This document shows, piece after piece, positions 52,991-62,325 of a DNA stretch of 64,000 nucleotides. The number at the start of each line of letters is the position of its first letter. Within the stretch, counting starts at the first letter, position 1. Position numbers and translations under genes: made by a program. The notes below the pieces were generated by a model. It saw only the letters and a program-made list of their open reading frames with translations. It was not told where the DNA came from and searched no databases. This DNA comes from a bacterium (GTDB taxonomy: Bacteria; UBA8248), in assembly GCA_965203325.1 (NCBI GenBank), contig OZ241875.1, positions 2,176,001-2,240,000 of the forward strand. Direction: 5' to 3'.

Positions 52991-53246
52991 GTAGGGATAG
53001 GTCGCGACCTGTCCTCGTGTTTCGGTCACCATTACCCGTAGGGGTCAGACATATATGTCTGGCTGCGTGTTCTCCCGTTTTTTTCTGTCCGCGCCCGGTC
53101 GATCGGGCGGGCACGGAGGCCCGCCCCTACGGGGAACCAAAACAGAAAAGACGCTGGATTTCGGCATGAGCCGGAATGACGGCGTAAAGGAACGACGAGG
53201 GCAGCTTGTTCGGTCTTCCCCTCCTCGGGGAGACCGACACCCCTAC
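52991..53246. repeat. Cluster of five REP-like palindromes (GTAG and CGTC types)
   Basis: GTAG-headed hairpins at 52991-53014 and 53038-53063 (+), 53105-53130 and 53210-53246 (-); CGTC-headed hairpin at 53156-53181 (-). Confidence 0.7.
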
Positions 53247-53298
53247 AGAAATTCCCTTTCCGGTCGGAACAATCTCCCCTCATCACCCGTCGGCGGTT

Positions 53299-53329
53299 TT
53301 GACACTCACGCCGCGGGGTGTGGTATGAT
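53299..53329 (+). promoter_or_regulatory. Putative promoter of the cupin gene
   Basis: TTGACA 53299-53304 and extended -10 TGGTATGAT 53321-53329. Confidence 0.5.
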
Positions 53330-53388
53330 CCGCCGCGTTCCGGGATAAAGGCGAAGGGCGCGAATCAAACCAAAGGAGGGGTGACGCC

Positions 53389-53742
53389 ATGAAGGTGATG
53401 AACTACAAGGACGCGGAACTGAAAGCGGAGAAGGCGGCCAAGGGCGCGGGCATCCGCTGGCTGCTCAGCGAGCGCGACGGCGAGACCGGAATGGCGATGC
53501 GGGTCATCGAGATAGAGGCGGGCGGGCAGACGCCCGACCATTCCCACTCCTGGGAGCACCAGGTGTTCATGCTGAAGGGCGAGGGCCGGGTGATAGTCGA
53601 GGGCGAGACGCAGGCCATCGCGCCGGGCTCGGCCATATTCGTCGCGCCGGGCGAGAACCACACCTTCCACAACGATTCGGACGAGACGATGGAGTTCGTC
53701 TGCATGATCCCCGTGAGCGCCACCAAGGCGTACGAGCACTAG
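53389..53742 (+). CDS. Cupin-domain protein
   Basis: HSHSWEH and PGENHTF metal-binding motifs. Confidence 0.88.
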   Translation: MKVMNYKDAELKAEKAAKGAGIRWLLSERDGETGMAMRVIEIEAGGQTPDHSHSWEHQVFMLKGEGRVIVEGETQAIAPGSAIFVAPGENHTFHNDSDETMEFVCMIPVSATKAYEH

Positions 53743-53946
53743 GGCGCAGAAGCCACCTTGAATTTCTGAAAAATTCTGAAAAATCCGATAAAATAAGATA
53801 AATTCACGACGTTTTTCTGAAAATAAAACCGGTGGAAAACCGGGGCGGGCCGGGGGGTTCTCCCCTGCGCGCGATGATGTATATTAGGCGCATCGCCGCC
53901 CGCATGAAACCGGGAAATGCGACGAAACGAGGGGAGATGCGAGGAA

Positions 53947-54666
53947 ATGCCTGAAATTATCGACCTGTCCATGCCCGTCCACATGTGGATGGAGCGCTAC
54001 CCGGGCACGCCGCAGCCCGTCATCCAGATGATAGAGACGACATATGAGTCCGCCGAGCGCATCGGCACCGACAAGATGGGCTTCCCCGAGCTGTTCGCCC
54101 ACAGCGTGTGCATCTTCAGCGAGCATTGCGGCACCCACATCGACGCGCGAAGCCACGGCGGCCGGAACGATTCGTGGTCCGAGGACATCCCGCTTGAGAA
54201 ATGCTACGGGCCGGGCCTTAGGCTCGACATGCGGGGCAAGAAACCGGGCGAGACGATTGAAATCAAAGACCTGGAAGATGCGCTCGCCAGGGAGAACTAC
54301 ACGATCCGGGGCGGGGAGATCGTCTTCCTCTGGACGGGGGCGGCCGCCTACAACGACGAGCCGCGCTACCTGACGGACCACCCCGGCATGGTGGGCGAGA
54401 GCGCGGAGTGGCTCATCGACCAGGGCGTGAGCGTGATGGGCATCGACGCGCCGGGCTTCGACTTGCCCATCAAGGAGATGCTGGAGCGGCGCGACCCCTG
54501 GCCGTGCCACCGCCTCTTCCAGACGCGCGAATACTGGCACATCGAGAACCTCTGCAACCTGGACGCCATCCCCGCTGCGCACGGGTTCACGGCGAGCGTC
54601 CTGCCGCTTCACTGGCGAGGCGCCACGGGGACGCACATCCGCGCCGTCGCCATCGTGAACGAGTAG
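53947..54666 (+). CDS. Cyclase family (kynurenine formamidase-like) metallohydrolase
   Basis: IIDLS, EHCGTHIDA, GID, HIENLCNL. Confidence 0.88.
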   Translation: MPEIIDLSMPVHMWMERYPGTPQPVIQMIETTYESAERIGTDKMGFPELFAHSVCIFSEHCGTHIDARSHGGRNDSWSEDIPLEKCYGPGLRLDMRGKKPGETIEIKDLEDALARENYTIRGGEIVFLWTGAAAYNDEPRYLTDHPGMVGESAEWLIDQGVSVMGIDAPGFDLPIKEMLERRDPWPCHRLFQTREYWHIENLCNLDAIPAAHGFTASVLPLHWRGATGTHIRAVAIVNE

Positions 54667-54672
54667 ACGAAC

Positions 54673-55722
54673 GTGGCTTCGACGGGCCGCAGCGGAGCCG
54701 TCCGGGCGGGAAAACGGGCGATTCGCCTCATCGTCCTCTCGTTCTCGCTCCTCATCGGGGCGTTCCTGACGGCGGGAATCGCCGATGCCGCGAAACCGCC
54801 TAACGCACTGAAATCGAAGGCGAAGCAAAACCGCGAGGCGCGGGTAAAGCTGTATGAGCGCACGCTGAAGACTCATCTCGCATCCGACCCCTATCCCCTG
54901 ATTGATCTTGAAATCTCGCTCGACCGCTGGAAGAGCGCGGCAGGGCTCATCGAGGGCATGAACCGCGCGGGCGTCGCCTTGGGCGCAGTCACCTCGGCGC
55001 GTGAGGAGGACATCAAAAAGGCGGTAGCGCAATACCCCGGCCGCTTTATTCCGCTCACCACCTCGGCTTCCCAGGGTGACTGGATGCGGACCGGTAGCGG
55101 TTATCTTGCCGGCATCAAACGGCAGCTCGAGGGCGGCGCATTCGGGATCGGGAAGATAACCTGGCGGCCTGTTTCCTCCGATAAAGCACGAATGAAACGG
55201 GCCGGAGAGGCTTTAGGGGCGATGATTCGTCTGGCGGTCGGAAAAAAGAGCTTTCTCATGCTTGATATGCCGCCCGATGACGGTGGCCTTGAGCAACTCG
55301 AGCGGCTAATGAGGGCGGCGCCCGAGGCGAGGGTCGTCTGGACGCAAGCCGGCAGGATATTGAATCCGAACGCATTGCCCGGCTACGGGCACGGCCTCCT
55401 GCGGGCGCTGAGCCTGAGGCACGCGGGCCTCCTCTTCACCCTGACCCAGGATCCGCCCACTTCCGATGCAATCATTCCACGGAAAAACCACCTCTATGAC
55501 CCGGGCGGGGCGTTCTCTCGCGAATGGCGGGCTTTGCTCGAAGCGCGGGTGGGGCATTTCACGGCCGGGAACGATTCCTCCCCGGCCAATCCGGGGACCT
55601 ATGCGGGAAGGACACTCTCTTTCCGTGAAAACGTACTTGGAAACATCAGCCCGCCCGCCAGAAAGCTCATCGCCTACCGGAACGCATGGCGGCTTCTGGT
55701 GAACCGCCGCTGGAAACCTTGA
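54673..55722 (+). CDS. Exported amidohydrolase-like TIM-barrel protein, apparently degenerate
   Basis: Signal-peptide-like N-terminus (..IADA), YPGRFIP, FGIG, IAYRNAWRLL C-terminus typical of Amidohydro_2. Confidence 0.55.
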   Translation: MASTGRSGAVRAGKRAIRLIVLSFSLLIGAFLTAGIADAAKPPNALKSKAKQNREARVKLYERTLKTHLASDPYPLIDLEISLDRWKSAAGLIEGMNRAGVALGAVTSAREEDIKKAVAQYPGRFIPLTTSASQGDWMRTGSGYLAGIKRQLEGGAFGIGKITWRPVSSDKARMKRAGEALGAMIRLAVGKKSFLMLDMPPDDGGLEQLERLMRAAPEARVVWTQAGRILNPNALPGYGHGLLRALSLRHAGLLFTLTQDPPTSDAIIPRKNHLYDPGGAFSREWRALLEARVGHFTAGNDSSPANPGTYAGRTLSFRENVLGNISPPARKLIAYRNAWRLLVNRRWKP

Positions 55723-55849
55723 TTCACGAAATTTCCCCGTATCCGTTGCATCAGGCCCTGCGCATGGGGATAATGCCGGTCTTGCGGTCTGGAGTACCCT
55801 GAACAAATGATTTTCCGACAATAGCGTTTACACGCAAGGAGTTCGCCTC

Positions 55850-56998
55850 ATGTACAGCATACGCCACCCGAAACGAACCTGGTTCGGCCTCGGAACCATC
55901 TCGAAAATCAAGGATGAAGCGGCGTTTTTAGGCGCCCGGAACGCACTTTTCTTCACGGACAAGGGCGTTCGGGGCGCAGGCGTAGCGGATATGGCGCTGG
56001 CTCCCCTTGAGGAAGCCGGAGTGCAAGTCACGATTTACGATGAGTGCCCGCCCGAGCCCGCCATCGGCGATCTGGAACAAGCATATAATGAATTCAAAAA
56101 CAGCGCTTTCGACCTCGTCGTCGGGGTCGGGGGCGGCAGTTCGATGGACATGGCGAAATCCATCGGCGTTCTGCTGGGAAACGACGGCGCGCCCAGGGAT
56201 TATCTGGGCATAGAACTCGTGCCGAAACCGGGCCTCTCCACCATTCTGGTGCCCACGACGAGCGGAACGGGCGCCGAAGCCACGCCCAACGCCATCTTCT
56301 CGGTGCCGGAAGAACAGGTGAAACTGGCCATCGTGAGCACGCACGTCATCCCGTTCGCCGCCATCGTGGATCCTAATCTCACGCTTTCCGCACCGCCGAA
56401 AGTCACCTCCGCCGCCGGGGTGGACGCTTTCACTCATTGCCTGGAAACCTACGTGGCCAGAAACGCCACGCCCCTGAGCGAGATGTACAGCCTGGAGGGC
56501 ATGAAATTCATCGCCCGCTCATTGAGGCGCGTATGTGACGACGGAAGCGACATTGAGGCCAGAACCGACATGGCCCTGGGTTCATACTATGGCGGCGTTG
56601 CGCTCGCAGGAGCCGGGGCGGGCGCCATCCATGCACTGGCGTATCCGCTCGGCTCGCGGTTCCACATTCCCCACGGGGTCAGCAACTCACTGATGTTCTC
56701 CCACGTCATGAAGGAAAACCACGCGGCGGCGCCTGAGAAATTCGCCCGCATCGCCCGAATCCTGGGCGAATCCACGGATGACATGTCCACGGCTGAAGCT
56801 GCCGGGCTTTCCGTTGACGCGGTCGAGAAACTTTGCCGCGATTGCGGGGTGCCTACCCGGCTCGGCGAAGTGGATGTCCCCGCACACGCCATCCCGGAGC
56901 TGGCCGAAGCCGCTTTCAAGCTCGAACGTCTTTTAAGCTGTAATCCCAAAGAGCTCTCGCTCGAGGATATCGAGAGAATCTATCGCGCCGCGGCTTGA
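55850..56998 (+). CDS. Iron-containing alcohol dehydrogenase
   Basis: GGGSSMDMAK, PTTSGTGAE, DAFTH..E, HALAY, PHG. Confidence 0.93.
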   Translation: MYSIRHPKRTWFGLGTISKIKDEAAFLGARNALFFTDKGVRGAGVADMALAPLEEAGVQVTIYDECPPEPAIGDLEQAYNEFKNSAFDLVVGVGGGSSMDMAKSIGVLLGNDGAPRDYLGIELVPKPGLSTILVPTTSGTGAEATPNAIFSVPEEQVKLAIVSTHVIPFAAIVDPNLTLSAPPKVTSAAGVDAFTHCLETYVARNATPLSEMYSLEGMKFIARSLRRVCDDGSDIEARTDMALGSYYGGVALAGAGAGAIHALAYPLGSRFHIPHGVSNSLMFSHVMKENHAAAPEKFARIARILGESTDDMSTAEAAGLSVDAVEKLCRDCGVPTRLGEVDVPAHAIPELAEAAFKLERLLSCNPKELSLEDIERIYRAAA

Positions 56999-57786
56999 AG
57001 ATGCCCATGGAATCATTTTCTTCGAAAAAGCTGCGCCCGCTGATGGACATCGCCCCCGGAGACATGGTCTGCGTCATGGGCGCCGGCGGCAAGGCCACGC
57101 TCATGAAGCGGCTCATCCGGGAGATGCTCGATGAACCGTATCCCGTCATTATCACCAGCACGACGAACCTCCACGCCCTGGGCGGCGAAGACGCCCCGCC
57201 GGTGCTGTTGAGCGAGGAGGGACGCGCTGAACTGCAATCCGTCGCTCAGGATTGGTCGGGGCGCGGCGCCGTCGTCTGGGTGGAGAAAAAACTGCCCCAG
57301 AACATGTTTCGCGGCCTCGAGGCAAGTCAAGTGGAAGCGCTGCATGCTTCGGGTTTTCACGGCGTGATGGTCGTGAAAACCGATGGCGCCAGAAAACGGC
57401 TCATCAAGGCCCCGGGGCCGGGTGAGCCGGTCATACCCCAAGGAGCGACTCATTGCGTACTCGTGCTGGGACTCGCCGCAATCGGGCGAAGAGCGGATGA
57501 GCGAATCGTCCATCGCATGGAAAAAGTTCGCGCCGTCGCAGGCTTGGCGGCCGGGGAAGTTATCGGCGCACATCATCTGGCGAGATTAGCGAGTCATCCG
57601 GAGAGCTACCCGAGTCGGTTTCCGGAAGGCGCAAAGCGGATACTCTACCTGAGCCACTGCACTTCCCAAGAAGCCCTTGAGGAAGCTCAAACGATATTCG
57701 AGGCCGTACCCGACGGCATTTACGATTACCTGCTCACGGGAGATTCCGTGGCGGGAAATTTTTATAGCAGGAGAGTACATAAATGA
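56995..57786 (+). CDS. yqeC: YqeC-like selenium-dependent molybdenum hydroxylase accessory protein
   Basis: VMGAGGKA, IITSTT, DGARKRLIKAP...EPVIP, VLGLAAIG...IVHR. Confidence 0.75.
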   Translation: MKMPMESFSSKKLRPLMDIAPGDMVCVMGAGGKATLMKRLIREMLDEPYPVIITSTTNLHALGGEDAPPVLLSEEGRAELQSVAQDWSGRGAVVWVEKKLPQNMFRGLEASQVEALHASGFHGVMVVKTDGARKRLIKAPGPGEPVIPQGATHCVLVLGLAAIGRRADERIVHRMEKVRAVAGLAAGEVIGAHHLARLASHPESYPSRFPEGAKRILYLSHCTSQEALEEAQTIFEAVPDGIYDYLLTGDSVAGNFYSRRVHK

Positions 57787-58940
57787 TCGGCGCGGCCGCC
57801 ATCAGAAAAGCGCTTGAAGCCAGACAAGAGGAAATCATCGAACAAATCGCCCACGTGGTGAACATCGATTCCCCGACGTTTCCCAACAAAGGAACGAACG
57901 CCGTCTCCTCCCATTTCGCTGAAAAATATCGCGCCATGGGAGCTGAGGTAGAGATGATCCCCGGCACGCATGAAACGGGGGATCACCTTCTGGCGACGTT
58001 TCACGGCGGGAGAAAAGACGGCCCTCATATATTCATAATCGGCCATTGCGACACCGTTTTTTCGGAAGGCACCGCCGCGCAAAGACCGTTCACCATAAAA
58101 GACGGGATTGCCTGCGGCCCCGGGGTGGCCGACATGAAGGGGTGTCTCGTGGTTTGTCAATTCACGATGGAGGCGCTACTGGCCGAAGGATTCGAGGAAT
58201 TCGGGAAAATCCGTATCTTATACGACACCGATGAAGAGCGCGGGAATCCCTCTTCCAAGGAAGTGATAGAGCGAATCGGCAAAGACGCCGCCGCAGCATT
58301 GATCATCGAGTCCGGCCGTGCAAACGGCTCGATCGTATCTTCGAGAAAAGGGAGCTGCTACGGGAAATTGCTCGTCAGCGGCGTCTCGGCCCATGCAGGG
58401 GTAGAACCTCAAAAAGGCAGAAGCGCCGTGCACGAACTCGCCCACCAAATGGTGGCCATCCAAAACCTGGAACGGGGAGACGGGACCATCAACATCACCG
58501 GTCTTTCGGGTGGGCACAGGCCGCACATCGTGGCGGACGAGGCTTCCTGCCACATCGAAGTGCGCGCAGACCGGCAAGCGACTCTCGATTCCATGACGGA
58601 TGAGCTACATCGCATTATTTCCGAATCGCACATCGACGGGACACGCTCGATATTCCAAAAAATCAGCGGAAGACCCGCCATGGAATTCAACCATGGGACG
58701 GAACAACTCTTGTCTATCGCGGCAGAAATCGCCCTGGATGCGGGCGTCGAATTCAAGCACGGCCCTACTGGTGGGGGCTCTGACGGAAATTACCTCTCCC
58801 CGCTTGGAGTCGCCGTTCTTGATGGACTAGGACCCGTAGGTGGAAATTTGCATACGGACGAGGAATACCTGGAACTCGATTCGCTCGCCCCGAGAGGCGC
58901 GCTGCTCGGGGGCTTGATAGAAAGGCTGTCTGCAAAATGA
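57783..58940 (+). CDS. M20 peptidase (glutamate carboxypeptidase-like)
   Basis: GHCDTVF, GPGVADMKG, DEE.G, SAHAG..P.KG, GGGSDGN, DGLGP.GG..H. Confidence 0.9.
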   Translation: MIGAAAIRKALEARQEEIIEQIAHVVNIDSPTFPNKGTNAVSSHFAEKYRAMGAEVEMIPGTHETGDHLLATFHGGRKDGPHIFIIGHCDTVFSEGTAAQRPFTIKDGIACGPGVADMKGCLVVCQFTMEALLAEGFEEFGKIRILYDTDEERGNPSSKEVIERIGKDAAAALIIESGRANGSIVSSRKGSCYGKLLVSGVSAHAGVEPQKGRSAVHELAHQMVAIQNLERGDGTINITGLSGGHRPHIVADEASCHIEVRADRQATLDSMTDELHRIISESHIDGTRSIFQKISGRPAMEFNHGTEQLLSIAAEIALDAGVEFKHGPTGGGSDGNYLSPLGVAVLDGLGPVGGNLHTDEEYLELDSLAPRGALLGGLIERLSAK

Positions 58941-58958
58941 AGCGCTCATGGAGAGTCC

Positions 58959-60209
58959 TCAATCTTCCAAGGGAATTCCAATCTCCGATCTGGGTTTCGG
59001 ATCTGAGACCACATTATCTCGAATCAACTCTTCTATTGTTTCATCACTCCACCCTAGAATTTCGGACAACACTTCGCGTGTATGCTCCCCGTGCAAGGGG
59101 GCCGGCCCTTGCACCTTCCCCGGCTGCTCGGAAAATTTCGGGGGAACACCGGTAGTGTTCACTCTACCCAGAAGCGAATGGTTCGTTTCCACCACCATCT
59201 CTCTGTGGCGAACCTGCTCATCCTCGAGCGCTTCGCCGACATCATAAACCGGGCCGCAGGGAATCCCTTTTTCCTCCAGTAATTTCAGCCATTCATTCCC
59301 GTCCCGTCTGCAGAGATACCGCTCCAATATGGGGATGAGCTGATCGCGATTTTTCGCCCGGTTGGGTATGTCGACGAACCTCGGGTCATTCGTCAGTTCA
59401 GGGGCCTCGATGATGTCACAGAAATAACCCCAGAACCGATCGCTCGTCACACCGATGATGATTTCCTTATCCTTGGCCTTAAGCGCCTGATAGGGGACGA
59501 TTTGAAAATGGGCCGAACCCCACCGCTCGCTCATACTGCCATCCATGAAATAGCAGCCGCTCAGGTTGGTGAGCAGCGACACGCTGCTGTCGAGAAGAGA
59601 CAGATCGATGTATTGCCCCCTGCCCGTCTTCTCCCTGGCGAACAATGCGCTGCTTACGCTGTAAGCCGCCCACATGCCCGCCGTGAGGTCGCTGAGCGGA
59701 ACCCCGGCCTTGCAAGGTCCGCCGTCCGGTTCGCCCGTTGCGCTCATGATGCCGCTCATCGCCTGTCCGACGATGTCAAAACCCGAGCGTTCCCGATACG
59801 GGCCCGTCTGCCCGAAACCGGAGACGGAAACGTATATCAGTCGGGGGTTCAGGGCGGACAACGCCTCATACCCGACGCCCAGGCGCTCCACGACGCCGGG
59901 GCGAAAATTCTCGACAAACACGTCCACCTTTTTTGCAATGGCGCGGGCGACCTCGAGGCCTTCGCTTTTTTTGAGGTCGACCACGATACTCTTCTTTCCG
60001 TGGTTCACACCCAAAAAATAGGCGCTCTCTCCTTTCTTGAACGGAGGTCCCCAGGTGCGGGTTTCATCGCCGTTTCCGGGAGATTCGAGCTTGATGATTT
60101 CCGCGCCCAGATCGGAGAGCATCGTGGTGCAAAAAGGCCCGGCGAGAATTCGGGACAAGTCCAACACGCGAATTCCCTTCAATGGTCCCTGTGCGTTCAT
60201 CATCCCCAT
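58959..60209 (-). CDS. CaiB/BaiF class III CoA-transferase
   Basis: PLKGIRVLDLSRILAGP, GDETRTWGPP, ENFRPG, GFGQTGPY. Confidence 0.93.
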   Translation of the reverse strand: MGMMNAQGPLKGIRVLDLSRILAGPFCTTMLSDLGAEIIKLESPGNGDETRTWGPPFKKGESAYFLGVNHGKKSIVVDLKKSEGLEVARAIAKKVDVFVENFRPGVVERLGVGYEALSALNPRLIYVSVSGFGQTGPYRERSGFDIVGQAMSGIMSATGEPDGGPCKAGVPLSDLTAGMWAAYSVSSALFAREKTGRGQYIDLSLLDSSVSLLTNLSGCYFMDGSMSERWGSAHFQIVPYQALKAKDKEIIIGVTSDRFWGYFCDIIEAPELTNDPRFVDIPNRAKNRDQLIPILERYLCRRDGNEWLKLLEEKGIPCGPVYDVGEALEDEQVRHREMVVETNHSLLGRVNTTGVPPKFSEQPGKVQGPAPLHGEHTREVLSEILGWSDETIEELIRDNVVSDPKPRSEIGIPLED

Positions 60210-60464
60210 CCTGAGTAAAAGCCAAGAAGATTTTTGCGAATGTATAGAATGTGCAAAGGCGCGGGGCTGTCTGTCAAGGAATCTTGATGAAATTCTACGC
60301 GCTCTTCCCGGCATCGGGACAATGGTTAAAACCGTCTTCGCAAGTTCTCCCGGACGTGGCCGACGTGAAGGGCAAACTCCAGGGCCCCGCTCTCGCGGGG
60401 GATCAATTCTCAAAATGTGAGCGCCTGGCTCATGCGATGCGCCATCCAGTCATGACGAAAATTT

Positions 60465-61493
60465 TCAGGCGGAAAAATGCTCCCAGGCAAGATTTTTCAG
60501 CGCGAAAACCCCGTCTGCGCGTTTGAGAGAAATTCCCTGTGAGGCCGGCAGGATTTCTCCGACGGGCGTAAGCGGCGCCGCGCCCCCCCGCCGGAGGACT
60601 TCCTGAAGCGGACGAACGGATTCAGGGGGCGTCGTGACGAGAAGTTCGTAGTCTTCTCCACCGTGCAGCGCCCACTCACTGGGCTTTTTCTCGGCGAGCG
60701 AGGCTGCTTCGAGCAGGGTATTGGAGACGGGCAATGCGGATTCCCGGAGGAGCGCGCCTGCCCCACTCGCCTCGCACAGATGGCGGATATCGCCCGCCAG
60801 ACCATCGCTGATGTCCATCATGGAGGTCGCCAGCCCTGATTCCGCGATAGCTACCCCCTCCGCAACCCGGGGCTGCGGTTCCAGCTGCGCGCGGGTGAGT
60901 GAGGCATACAAGTCTTCCCGGACTCGGACTTGAGACCCGGATAATAAATGAAGTCCCGCTGCGGCATCTCCCAGATACCCCGTCACCAGAATCCGGTCCC
61001 CCGCTCTGGCGCCGCTTCGGCGAAGCACCTTCTCTTCCATCATCTCGCCGACGAGGAACACGTCGACGAACAAAGGACCACTCGTACGCGTCACGTTTCC
61101 CCCCAAAACCAAAATGTCGTACTGCTCCGAGAGCGCGCGAACCCCGCCATACACGTCATCCAGAAACGAAACGGACGTCTCTTCGGGTATGCCCAGCGAG
61201 ATGAGCGCGAAGCGAGGCTTGCCCCCCATGGCCGCCACATCGCTCACGTTCACCGCCAGCGACTTGTAACCCGCGGCGAAACCGGAAACATCCCCCGTAG
61301 ACGGGAAATGCACGCCGCTTACTTGCGCATCGCACGTCACGACCCAGCATTTTCCATCCCCCGCCTTGATGACGGCCGCATCATCCCCGTTGCCGACGAT
61401 GACGTCCGCGCTGTTCCCCACCAAGCCGAGTTTGTTTCTCAGGCGTTCTATGAGGGCGAACTCGCCAATCTCTCTCGCTGTATCGCCATTCAC
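60465..61493 (-). CDS. thiL: Thiamine-phosphate kinase
   Basis: GEFALI, GDDAAV, NVSDVAAMGG, MDISDGL, GGEDYELL. Confidence 0.95.
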   Translation of the reverse strand: MNGDTAREIGEFALIERLRNKLGLVGNSADVIVGNGDDAAVIKAGDGKCWVVTCDAQVSGVHFPSTGDVSGFAAGYKSLAVNVSDVAAMGGKPRFALISLGIPEETSVSFLDDVYGGVRALSEQYDILVLGGNVTRTSGPLFVDVFLVGEMMEEKVLRRSGARAGDRILVTGYLGDAAAGLHLLSGSQVRVREDLYASLTRAQLEPQPRVAEGVAIAESGLATSMMDISDGLAGDIRHLCEASGAGALLRESALPVSNTLLEAASLAEKKPSEWALHGGEDYELLVTTPPESVRPLQEVLRRGGAAPLTPVGEILPASQGISLKRADGVFALKNLAWEHFSA

Positions 61494-62134
61494 CCTTTCG
61501 CCCTCTCGATGCGATTGCGCAACTCCCTGGTCGCAACTCCCGGGTCGGACGCTCCCATCACAGCGCCGATAACGGCGACGCCGGAGGCGCCGGCTTCGAT
61601 GACGGGCTCCACGTTCTCGATACCGATTCCCCCGATGGCGACGGCGGGCAAGCCGGGGGCGTGTTCGATAATCCGCCGGAATCCTTCCGGCCCGATCGGC
61701 GTTCTCGCATCAGCCTTACTCCCCGTCGCATATACAGGGCCTACGCCGATATAATCCGCATCCTCGGCGGCGGCCCGCGACGCCCATTCGGATTTTCCGG
61801 CTGTAACGCCATAAAACAACGTATCTCCCGCCATCGCCCTGGCCCTCGAAATCGGAAAATCCTCCTGCCCCAGATGCACCCCGTTCGCGCCACAGGCCAT
61901 GGCGACATCCACCCGATCATTCACCGTAAAAGCGCAGCCGGTTCCTTCCAGAACCTCTCGCATTTCATCCGCCAGGCGAATCATCTCCACGCCGCTCAAG
62001 TTTTTCTCTCTAAGCTGGATCATACCGGCCCCGTTCGTCGCGGCTGCCCGAACCGCGTCCCTCAATTTCCACCCGGAAACCTGGGACAATATCTCCCGGT
62101 CGGTGATGACTGTCAGCGACAGGTCGAATTTCAT
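61490..62134 (-). CDS. thiE: Thiamine-phosphate synthase
   Basis: IQLREK, NDRVD, GVHLGQED, GPVY.T.SK, AIGGI. Confidence 0.95.
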   Translation of the reverse strand: MKFDLSLTVITDREILSQVSGWKLRDAVRAAATNGAGMIQLREKNLSGVEMIRLADEMREVLEGTGCAFTVNDRVDVAMACGANGVHLGQEDFPISRARAMAGDTLFYGVTAGKSEWASRAAAEDADYIGVGPVYATGSKADARTPIGPEGFRRIIEHAPGLPAVAIGGIGIENVEPVIEAGASGVAVIGAVMGASDPGVATRELRNRIERAKG

Positions 62135-62325
62135 GGGTCCCCCGATCAATCAAGAGCGAAACTACGATATTGATAATGAAACACTAGCATCATTAGAGGC
62201 AACGGCAATCCATGTCGGGGAATGTGTTCATCGATACGAGAAAACTTCCAAAGTTATGGAGCGTCTCTCTTGCGTAATTCTCCTGTGCTTGAGAACCTCT
62301 TCCCCCATCATCAGAGGAGGACGCC

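Noticed and set aside
60251..60526. Small ORF containing LPDVADVKG, reminiscent of YifB/ComM
   Set aside because: Only a short match with no further similarity; probably chance.
62135..62325. TPP riboswitch upstream of thiE-thiL
   Set aside because: No CUGAGA core on the minus strand.
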